From an uncultured Chloroflexia bacterium (GTDB lineage: Bacteria > Chloroflexota > Limnocylindria > Limnocylindrales > CSP1-4), in the NCBI GenBank assembly GCA_963707215.1, contig CAVPPB010000001.1:320001-384000 (forward strand): a stretch of DNA of 64,000 nucleotides, read 5' to 3'. This document shows, in pieces, positions 1 through 7,758 of the stretch. Every line of letters starts with the position of its first letter. The stretch's first letter is position 1. The notes under the pieces are model-generated. The model did no database searches and had not been told where the DNA came from. It was given only the letters and a program-made list of their open reading frames with translations. The position numbers and the translations under genes are program-made.

Positions 1-908
1 ATCGAGGTGTAGGGCATGAGCCCGAAGCCGAGGGCCGAGATCACGGCGACGCGGCGGAACCGGGCGAAGTCCACCGGCTCCGTTGCCCCCTGCGCACGAT
101 CCCGGGCGACGTGCACCCGGCCCGGTGACCGGAGCCGCCTGGCCGAGGCGAGGGTCAGGAAGCCGGCCGCGCCACCGACGGCCAGGATCGCGGCATAGGC
201 CCAGAGCACGGCCTCCGGCGGCACCAGGTCGACGGCCAGGGCTGCGGTCAGCAGCAGGAGCGTCGAGATGGCCAGCGTGAGAGCCGCGATCCGGGGGCCG
301 ACGAGCCGCCGCTCCGAGTCGGGCAGGATCGCGTTGTACCAGACGAGGAGGTTCGCCCCCGACACCAGGCCGAGCGTCTGGCCGACGGCGGCCACGAGGA
401 TCACCAGGAGGATCCCGGTCGGGGTCGCCAGCCAGCCCGTCGCGACGAGGGCGACGATGGCGGCGAGGACGAGTCCCCGTGTCTCGCCGAGACCGATGGC
501 CAACAGCGTGAGCCCGCGCAGGTTCCCGTCGGTGCGCCGGAGCAGGTCCGGCACGAAGCGCTGGACGGCCGAGCCGAGCGTCGGCAGCGTTGCCACGGCG
601 GCCACGACCCAGGGCGGCGCACCGAGCACCAACAGCATCGGCACCACGATCGCCTCCGAGGCGAACGCCGAGGCGAACGCCTGGCCGGTCGAGATGCCAT
701 GGAGCGGGCGATTGGCACGGGTGGCGAAGGTCCGCCAGTCGTCGGCGACGCGGCGGAGCGATGAGGAGCGGATGGTGGTCAAGCGGATCCTGATGACGAC
801 GTAGGTCGGAGCCCGCGGGGCCGCGGGCACCGTGGGCTGGGACGCGCCGGCTGGACCGGCCGTGACGGTCCGCAGGAAGGTCAGGAACGGGCCGTCCGGG
901 TCGTGCAC
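1..908 (-). CDS. MFS-type transporter, running off the window start
   Basis: Not in the ORF track because it has no stop in the window. Manual translation gives an open frame from GTG 908 (or TTG 782) with many hydrophobic helices (AFASEAIVVPMLLVLGAPPWVVAAVATLPTLG; GILLVILVAAVGQTLG; VAVISALGFGLMPY). Start uncertain. Confidence 0.65.
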   Translation of the reverse strand, partial: MHDPDGPFLTFLRTVTAGPAGASQPTVPAAPRAPTYVVIRIRLTTIRSSSLRRVADDWRTFATRANRPLHGISTGQAFASAFASEAIVVPMLLVLGAPPWVVAAVATLPTLGSAVQRFVPDLLRRTDGNLRGLTLLAIGLGETRGLVLAAIVALVATGWLATPTGILLVILVAAVGQTLGLVSGANLLVWYNAILPDSERRLVGPRIAALTLAISTLLLLTAALAVDLVPPEAVLWAYAAILAVGGAAGFLTLASARRLRSPGRVHVARDRAQGATEPVDFARFRRVAVISALGFGLMPYTS

Positions 909-937
909 GGCCACCGAGTGGACCGCACACTCCGGGC

Positions 938-2182
938 ATGACGAACACCGAGCCGCCAGCCACCCGCGAGCCTGGGCAGACGACCGGACCGCCCGACCTG
1001 CTTGTCGAGTCGCAGGCCCTTCTGCCTGAGATCGTCGGCATCCGCCGACATCTCCACCGGAGACCCGAGCTCGGGCTGGACCTCCCTGAGACCCAGACGA
1101 CCGTCGCCGGTGCGTTGCGCGGGCTCGGCCTGAAGCCGGTGCTGGGTCGCTCGGTCGGGTCGGTCGTCGCCGTCCTGGCGGGGGCGCGTCCAGGGCCGAC
1201 GGTCCTGCTGCGAGCCGACATGGACGCCCTCCCGCTCACGGAGGCCACCGGCCTCGATTTCGCGTCCGAGGTCGCCGGCCGGATGCACGCCTGCGGGCAT
1301 GACACGCACATGGCGATGCTGCTGGGTGCGGCACGGATCCTGCGAGACCGTCGATCGGAGCTCGCCGGCAACGTCCTGCTGGCCTTCCAGCCGGGCGAAG
1401 AAGGTCATCACGGCGCCCGCTCCATGATCGAGGAGGGGCTCCTGGAGCCGCCAGGGATCGAGCCGGTCTCATCGGCGTTCGCGATCCACATCGCGACCCG
1501 CTACGCCACCGGGACGGTCCACCTGCGCCCCGGACCGATGCTCGCCTCGGGGGACGTCGTCCACCTCACGGTGCGCGGCCGAGGCGGCCACGCGTCGACC
1601 CCCCACCTGGCGCTGGACCCCATCACCGTCGCCGCTGAGATCGTCCTAGGCCTTCAGACCGCGGTGACCCGGCGCGTCGACGTCTTCGACCCTGCCGTCG
1701 TCACGATCGCCCGGATCGAGGGGGGAACCACGAACAATATCATCCCGGAATCGGTCGACCTGGAGGGCACGATCCGGACGGTCTCGGCATCCACCAGGGC
1801 GTTCATGCGCGAGGAGGTCCGGCGGGTCGTCGAGGGCATCGCCGCGATGCGCGGTGCGGACGCCGATCTCCGGCTCGAGGCCGGCTACCCGGTCACCGTC
1901 AACGACGCGGCCTCGATCGCCCGCGTCCGGGAGCTCGCCGTCGGGCTGCTCGGCTCGGATGGGGTCGTGGACCTCCCGGCCCCGATCATGGGCGCGGAGG
2001 ACTTCTCGTACGTCCTGGAGCGAGTGCCCGGGTCGATGGTCTTCCTCGGCGCGCGGCCGCCGGACGAGGACCCAGCGACGGCCCCGATGAACCACTCGAA
2101 CCGGGTCGTCTTCGACGAACCGGCGATGGCGGTGGGAGCGGCCCTGTACGCCGCGGTCGCTCTCCGCGAGGTCGGGTCGTAG
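938..2182 (+). CDS. M20D family amidohydrolase (hippurate hydrolase-like)
   Basis: Motifs HRRPELG, LRADMDALP, MHACGHD, FQPGEEG, GGHAS, GAEDFS. Confidence 0.92.
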   Translation: MTNTEPPATREPGQTTGPPDLLVESQALLPEIVGIRRHLHRRPELGLDLPETQTTVAGALRGLGLKPVLGRSVGSVVAVLAGARPGPTVLLRADMDALPLTEATGLDFASEVAGRMHACGHDTHMAMLLGAARILRDRRSELAGNVLLAFQPGEEGHHGARSMIEEGLLEPPGIEPVSSAFAIHIATRYATGTVHLRPGPMLASGDVVHLTVRGRGGHASTPHLALDPITVAAEIVLGLQTAVTRRVDVFDPAVVTIARIEGGTTNNIIPESVDLEGTIRTVSASTRAFMREEVRRVVEGIAAMRGADADLRLEAGYPVTVNDAASIARVRELAVGLLGSDGVVDLPAPIMGAEDFSYVLERVPGSMVFLGARPPDEDPATAPMNHSNRVVFDEPAMAVGAALYAAVALREVGS

Positions 2183-2204
2183 GGTCCCGGCCAGCCGGGC
2201 AGCG

Positions 2205-2615
2205 TCAACCGCCCTCGGCGACCTCGCAGATCCCCGGCGCGACGGGGTCCTGGGCGGCAGCGGCTCGCTCGGCGTCGAGCTGGGCCTTGACCTCCGGGAA
2301 GGCATCCCCCAGACAGCACGCGCAGTTCTCGTACCAGAGCCGGAAGCCGGCGTCGATCTCGGGGAGCGGCGTGCCCGAGGACGCCCCACTCGCCGAGTGC
2401 CCCCCGGCCACCGCCCCGACCGGGGCGGCGACGGCAGCTTCGGCGCGCGCGGCGTGGGCCATCGGGTCCTCGAGGAACGCTTCCCGGCAGGCCGGCCGGC
2501 AGAAGGCGAAGATCCGGCCGCCAAGGTCGACGATGAGGCCCTCGGCCTCGGCCGTCGTGACGTCGACCCGCATGCCGCAGATGGGGTCGATGACGACGGA
2601 TGGCTTCTCGGACAT
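2205..2615 (-). CDS. YHS-domain metal-binding protein with a Cys-rich C-terminal extension
   Basis: DPICGM...FAFCRPACREAF is a YHS signature. Preceded by an AGGAGG RBS and directly downstream of the Cu ATPase. Confidence 0.85.
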   Translation of the reverse strand: MSEKPSVVIDPICGMRVDVTTAEAEGLIVDLGGRIFAFCRPACREAFLEDPMAHAARAEAAVAAPVGAVAGGHSASGASSGTPLPEIDAGFRLWYENCACCLGDAFPEVKAQLDAERAAAAQDPVAPGICEVAEGG

Positions 2616-2626
2616 GGTCCCTCCTG

Positions 2627-4771
2627 TCAGGCCCCGGCCGACTCGGTCCGAGGCCGTTCGGCGCCCGGCCCGGACGGCGGCTCGTCGCGCAACTCTACGC
2701 GGCGGAGCAGCTGTGCGTTGAGCGCCACGATGAGCGTCGAGACAGTCATCGCGATGGCACCGAAGGAGACCGGCAGGTCGATCCCCCAGGGGACGAGCAG
2801 CCCGGCCGCGACCGGGATGGCCAGGACGTTGTAGCCGGTCGCCCAGGCCAGGTTCTGGATCATCTTCCGGAACGTGGCGCCCGAGAGCCGGATCGCGGCG
2901 ACCACGTCGCGCGGGTCGCTCCGGACCAGGACGATCCCCGCCAATTCCACGGCGACATCGGTCCCGGCCCCGATCGCGATCCCGACATCGGCCGTGGCCA
3001 GCGCCGGGGCGTCGTTGACCCCGTCGCCGACCATCGCCACCCGTCGGCCGCCCTCCTTGAACCGCTCGACCGCCTGCGCCTTGTCCGCCGGAAGGACCTG
3101 GGCGGCGACGTCCTGGATGCCGAGGCGACCGGCGACCGAGCCAGCCACTTCGCGCGAATCGCCGGTGATCATCGCGACCTTGATGCCGAGGGCGTGCAGA
3201 TCACGGACCGCTTGCGCAGACTCGGGGCGGATCTCGTCCTCGACGGCCAACGCCCCGATGATCCCCCCGTCGCGGACGACGTAGAGGACGGTCCGCCCCT
3301 GGGCCGCCCAGTCGGCGGCGACCGTCGGGATCGCGCCCGACGCGCCGAGCTCATCGAGCAGCGCCGGTCCACCGACGTGGACCACCTGATCCTGGACCGT
3401 GGCCCTGGCTCCGCGCCCGGCGAGCGCCTCGAACTCGCTGGACCCTGGTGGCTCCAGCCCCCGATCCGCAGCCTCACGGACGATGGCGCGAGCGATCGGG
3501 TGCTCCGAGTCGGCCTCGACGGCCGCTGCGAGCGCGAGGAGCTCGTCCTCCTCGATCGGGCCGTCCGTCGCGACCGCGGCGAGGATCGGCTCACCTCGGG
3601 TCAGGGTCCCGGTCTTGTCGAAGATCACCATGTCGAGCTCGCGAACTCGTTCGAGCGCGAGCCGGTCCTTGACGAGGAGGCCGTTGCGCGCCCCGAGCGA
3701 CGTCGCGATGGCGATGACGAGCGGGATCGCGAGTCCGAGGGCGTGCGGGCAGGCGATCACCAGGACCGTCACCGTCCGCCGGAGCGCGACGGTCGGGTCG
3801 TCGAGGAGCGTCCAGACGACGAAGGTTCCGAGGCCCGCGGCGACGGCGACGTAGAACAGAACGGCGGCGGCGCGGTCTGCGAGGTCCTGGGCCCGGGATC
3901 CGGAGGCCTGGGCGTCGGCGACCATCCGGATGATGCCCGAGAGGGCGGTGGACTCGCCGACGGCGGTCAGCTCGATGCGCAGGCTCCCGCCCTGGACCAC
4001 CGTCCCACCGGCGACCCCGTCGCCCGGGCCCTTCGCGACCGCCTGCGACTCTCCCGTCAGCATCGACTCGTCGACCTCGGCCTGACCCTCAGCGATCGTG
4101 CCGTCGGCCGGGATGCGACCCCCCGGCCGGACGAGGACCACGTCGCCGGTCTCGAGCGCGTCCAGCTTCACCGTCTCAGTGGCACCGTCCGTCACTCGCT
4201 CGGCCGTGTCGGGCAGGAGCGCCGCCAGCGCGGAGAGGGCCCCACGGGCCTGGGCGATCGAGCGCATCTCCAGCCAGTGGCCGAGCAGCATGATCGTGAC
4301 CAGGGTCGAGAGCTCCCACCAGATCTCGACGTCCAGGAGACCGAGCGTGCCCGCCCAGCTGGCCACGAAGGCGACGACGATGGCGAGCGAGATGAGGGTC
4401 ATCATCCCGGGCCGACGATCGCGCAGCTCGCCCACGGCACCGCGCACGAAGACGAGGCCGCCGTAGATGAAGACGGCAGTGCCCAGGATCGGCGGGATCA
4501 GCTCGGCCCCGGGGAAGGTCGGGGCGGCGTAGCCAAGCCATTCCTGGGGGTTCGGACTCCAGATGACGACCGGGATCGTCATGGCCAGGCTGAGCCAGAA
4601 GCGGTCCCGGAACATCGCCACGGAGTGGCCCGCGTGCTTGTCGTGGCCAGCCTTGCCATGACCGCCGTCACCGGCGGCGGCACCGTGGTGGGCCTGGCCT
4701 CCATCGGCGCTCCCAACGCCATGGCGGGCCTCAGGGCCGACCCCTGATCCCTCGTGTCGTGCCTGGTCCAT
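2627..4771 (-). CDS. copB: Copper-translocating P1B-type ATPase (CopB-like, His-rich N-terminus)
   Basis: His-rich N-terminus, TGES, CPH in TM6, DKTGT, SEHP, GDGVNDAPAL, and YN and MxxS in the last helices. Start set at ATG 4771 (MDQARHEG). Confidence 0.92.
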   Translation of the reverse strand: MDQARHEGSGVGPEARHGVGSADGGQAHHGAAAGDGGHGKAGHDKHAGHSVAMFRDRFWLSLAMTIPVVIWSPNPQEWLGYAAPTFPGAELIPPILGTAVFIYGGLVFVRGAVGELRDRRPGMMTLISLAIVVAFVASWAGTLGLLDVEIWWELSTLVTIMLLGHWLEMRSIAQARGALSALAALLPDTAERVTDGATETVKLDALETGDVVLVRPGGRIPADGTIAEGQAEVDESMLTGESQAVAKGPGDGVAGGTVVQGGSLRIELTAVGESTALSGIIRMVADAQASGSRAQDLADRAAAVLFYVAVAAGLGTFVVWTLLDDPTVALRRTVTVLVIACPHALGLAIPLVIAIATSLGARNGLLVKDRLALERVRELDMVIFDKTGTLTRGEPILAAVATDGPIEEDELLALAAAVEADSEHPIARAIVREAADRGLEPPGSSEFEALAGRGARATVQDQVVHVGGPALLDELGASGAIPTVAADWAAQGRTVLYVVRDGGIIGALAVEDEIRPESAQAVRDLHALGIKVAMITGDSREVAGSVAGRLGIQDVAAQVLPADKAQAVERFKEGGRRVAMVGDGVNDAPALATADVGIAIGAGTDVAVELAGIVLVRSDPRDVVAAIRLSGATFRKMIQNLAWATGYNVLAIPVAAGLLVPWGIDLPVSFGAIAMTVSTLIVALNAQLLRRVELRDEPPSGPGAERPRTESAGA

Positions 4772-4797
4772 GGAACGCTCCCGTGATCTCCTGTTGG

Positions 4798-4814
4798 ATA
4801 CTCCCCCCCAGTAT
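4798..4814. promoter_or_regulatory. CsoR/RcnR-family operator (ATACT-C7-AGTAT)
   Basis: Perfect inverted ATACT/AGTAT flanking a C tract, 26 nt upstream of the copB start. Matches the TACT-G6-N-AGTA type operator of CsoR/RcnR repressors. Confidence 0.8.
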
Positions 4815-4972
4815 GGCAGCCATGTCCAGCCGCACGTCGCCGGCGGGCGCCGACCATCCGACCACTGCGGGACGGGCCACTGCCTACCCGTCCGCACGGA
4901 CCGACGGCCCGGAGCCAGCGAACATGTGCAACGACTGCGTCGAGATCCCGTCGGGAAGCTAGCATCCCGAAC

Positions 4973-6322
4973 GTGTCAGAGCCCGTACCGGCTCCCGCGC
5001 CGACCGACGAAGCAGCGGCCACGCCGCCGCCGGTCGTGGCGCCTCGAACGAGCCTTGACGGTCCCCCGTCGGCCGGTCGAGCGACGGATCGCTCCTACGG
5101 AGCTCTGCTGGCGATCCCCGACCTCGGCCGGATCGTCCTCTCGATGCAGCTCGCCCGCATCGCCCAGTCGATGGTGGGTGTCGCGCTCGTGCTGTTCACC
5201 CTGGCCGAGTACCGCTCCCCTGCCCTGGCCGGGCTGGTGACCTTCGCCAGCGTCTTCCCCGGCCTCGTCGTCAGCCCGGTCGCCGGCGCCCTCCTCGATC
5301 GCCACGGCCGGATCCGACTCATCGCCCTCGACTACATCGTGGCGAGCGGCGCCCTGCTCCTGGTCGCCGGCCTGGCGGCTGCCGGCGCGCTCCCGGCGCC
5401 GCTGCTCGTCCTCATCGCAGCCGTCTCGTCGCTGACCGGCATCCTCAGCCACGTCGGCCTCCGGACCCTCTTCCCGCTGATCGTCCCGCGCCACCTCTGG
5501 GAGCGGATCAACGCCGTCGACTCCAACGGCTACGTGGTGGCGACGCTCCTCGGTCCGCCGATCGCGGCTGCCCTGATCGCCGTGCTCGGTCCCCGGATCG
5601 GGCTCGCGCTCATCGCGGCGCCGTTCCTGCTCGCCGCGGTCGTCCTCGTCGGCATCGTCGATCCGGTCGCGATGGGGCGGACCCCGGGGAGGCTACTCGT
5701 CGACGCCTGGGCGGGCGTGCGCTACACCTGGCGCAACCGGACCCTGCGGGGCCTGGGCATCTCGATCTCGGTCGCCAATCTCGCGGGCGGGATGATCTCG
5801 ATCGTCATCCCCCTGATCGTGTTGCGGATGCTCGGCCTGAGCGAGGCCCTCGTCGGGATCGCGTTCGCCGTGTCCGGCCTCTCCGGGATGATGTCGGCGT
5901 TCCTCTTCGGGCGCATGGACACCCGTGGCCGCGAGTGGGTGCTGCTCGTGGTTCCCTTGGCCCTGCTGGCCCCGGTGGTCGCTTTGCTGCTCCCGGCGAG
6001 CGGCGCGTTCGGGCCCATCGATCCGCTCCTCGGGTTCCTTCTCGTCATCGCCTCGCAGGTCCTCTTCGGCTTCCTCGCCGGACCGCTCGACATCGCCCTC
6101 TTCACGGTCCGCCAGCGGCGCACCGATCCGGCGATGCTGGGCCGGGCCTTCGCTGTCTCGATGGCCTTCAACTTCCTGGGCTTCCCCATCGGGGCGGCCC
6201 TCACCGGCCTGCTCGCGGCCGTCTCGATCCCGGCCGCCGTCTGGCTGGGCGTCATCGCGTCGGTCGCCGGGGCGGTGCTGGCCGCGGTGCTGATCCCGCC
6301 CCGCGAAGAGACCCCAGCCTAG
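4973..6322 (+). CDS. MFS transporter
   Basis: About 12 TM helices, motif A-like GALLDRHGRIR, C-terminal DPAMLGRAFA. A TAGCAT -10 hexamer lies 7 nt before the GTG. Confidence 0.9.
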   Translation: MSEPVPAPAPTDEAAATPPPVVAPRTSLDGPPSAGRATDRSYGALLAIPDLGRIVLSMQLARIAQSMVGVALVLFTLAEYRSPALAGLVTFASVFPGLVVSPVAGALLDRHGRIRLIALDYIVASGALLLVAGLAAAGALPAPLLVLIAAVSSLTGILSHVGLRTLFPLIVPRHLWERINAVDSNGYVVATLLGPPIAAALIAVLGPRIGLALIAAPFLLAAVVLVGIVDPVAMGRTPGRLLVDAWAGVRYTWRNRTLRGLGISISVANLAGGMISIVIPLIVLRMLGLSEALVGIAFAVSGLSGMMSAFLFGRMDTRGREWVLLVVPLALLAPVVALLLPASGAFGPIDPLLGFLLVIASQVLFGFLAGPLDIALFTVRQRRTDPAMLGRAFAVSMAFNFLGFPIGAALTGLLAAVSIPAAVWLGVIASVAGAVLAAVLIPPREETPA

Positions 6323-6421
6323 GAGTCCGTCCGGTCTGTCGGTGGAGCACATCGCACCCTTCGGCACTGGTGCCGGTCCGGGTCCTCGGCGAGCATCGGG
6401 CCGGAACGAGAGGAGGCACTG

Positions 6422-7048
6422 ATGCGACGCATCTTCCGCCTGCTGGCGCTGGCGGGCGCCGTCGGTGGTGCGGTCTGGATCGGCAGCGTCCGACGCCGGG
6501 CCGAGGCCGCGGGCCGACCCCTGGGCGACATCCTGCGGGCGGATGTCCGCCACTTCGTGACCCGGCGGTTCGACCCGCTGGTGATGCGGCTCGGGCTGGC
6601 CGGCGGTCACGTCTCCAGCTGGGGCGTCGTGGAGCACGTGGGGCGGGTCACCGGGACCATCTACCGGACGCCGGTCCTGCCGCGGGTCATGGACGATCAC
6701 CTGTTCATCCCGCTGCCCTACGGCTCGGACGTGGACTGGGTCCGCAACGTCCGATCCGCCGGTCACTGTCGGGTCCAGCTTCACGAGGTGATCTTCGAGC
6801 TGGACGAGCCGGCGATCGTGTCGGCCGCCGAGAACAGCGCCATCCCGCCGGTCATCCGCGCGCCGCTCGATCGGATCGGAGCGCACTACCTCCGGCTGCA
6901 CGTCCTGGACCGCGCACCGGGGACGTTCTCCCACCTGGCCGTGGCGATGAGCGTCTCGCCGGCCGATCGGGACGAGCGCGAGCTCGAGATCGTCCATCCG
7001 GAGGAAGAGCCGGCCACCCCGGCGTCTGAGGCGGCCGTCGGCGCCTGA
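6422..7048 (+). CDS. Deazaflavin (F420)-dependent nitroreductase family protein (Ddn-like)
   Basis: VEHVGRVTGTIYRTPV and LPYGSDVDWVRNV motifs; GAGGAGG RBS. Confidence 0.8.
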   Translation: MRRIFRLLALAGAVGGAVWIGSVRRRAEAAGRPLGDILRADVRHFVTRRFDPLVMRLGLAGGHVSSWGVVEHVGRVTGTIYRTPVLPRVMDDHLFIPLPYGSDVDWVRNVRSAGHCRVQLHEVIFELDEPAIVSAAENSAIPPVIRAPLDRIGAHYLRLHVLDRAPGTFSHLAVAMSVSPADRDERELEIVHPEEEPATPASEAAVGA

Positions 7049-7128
7049 GGCAGCTGTCGGCGCCTGAGTCCGGTCTCGTGGACCCCGGAGCATGCATGGG
7101 CACCAGAGCCGAAGATGCCCGCGCACAG

Positions 7129-7172
7129 CCGGCCGTTCGGCCCTATCGCCGGGTTCACCGCCACCCTATCCT
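7129..7172 (+). promoter_or_regulatory. DosR/OsdR-like box (7129-7144) and -10 TATCCT (7167-7172) upstream of the ECF sigma factor
   Basis: CCGGCCGTTCGGCCCT resembles AGGGCCGATCGGCCCT. It has the same 22-nt spacing to a -10 hexamer as the boxes at 40202 and 46073. Confidence 0.45.
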
Positions 7173-7211
7173 GCCAGGGGTCGACGTCCGCGCCTTGGGG
7201 GGTGAAGGGAC

Positions 7212-7751
7212 GTGTCGCTGGCGACACGGCCGCGCGAGTCGCTTGAGCCCGTCTCACTCGAGCCGGTCGACGCCTACGTTCGGCATCGGGCCGAGATCCG
7301 TGCTCTTCTCGTGACCCTGACCCGCGACGCTGAGACCGCGGAGGACCTGACCCAGGAGGCCTTCACCCGGCTCACCACGGTGACGCGGGCCGGTCGGGCG
7401 CCGCTGCGGACCCGGGCCTGGCTCTACCGGGTAGCCGTCAATCTGGCCGCCGACCGGGGACGCCGAGCCGGCAGCGCCGAACGCGGCCGTCGCCGCCTGA
7501 TCGGCCTGTTCGACGAGCGAGCGCCGGCGGACGACGACCCGCTCCGCCACTGCCTGGCGCGAGAAGACCGGGTCGCCGTCGAGGCAGCTCTCTCGAACCT
7601 CCCGTCCGACGCCCGACTGGCGATGATCATGGCGGCCGCCGGCTTCACGGGACGCGAGATCGGCGACCGCATCGGGCGGTCGGAGCTGGCCATCCGCACG
7701 CTGCTCTGCCGGAGTCGGCGTCGGGTCCGTGACGCCCTGGAGCAGGTCTGA
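7212..7751 (+). CDS. ECF (sigma-70 group 4) RNA polymerase sigma factor
   Basis: Region 2 AEDLTQEAF...AWLYRVAVNLAAD; region 4 GFTGREIGDRIGRSELAIRTLLCRSRRR. Confidence 0.88.
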   Translation: MSLATRPRESLEPVSLEPVDAYVRHRAEIRALLVTLTRDAETAEDLTQEAFTRLTTVTRAGRAPLRTRAWLYRVAVNLAADRGRRAGSAERGRRRLIGLFDERAPADDDPLRHCLAREDRVAVEAALSNLPSDARLAMIMAAAGFTGREIGDRIGRSELAIRTLLCRSRRRVRDALEQV

Positions 7752-7758
7752 GCAGATC

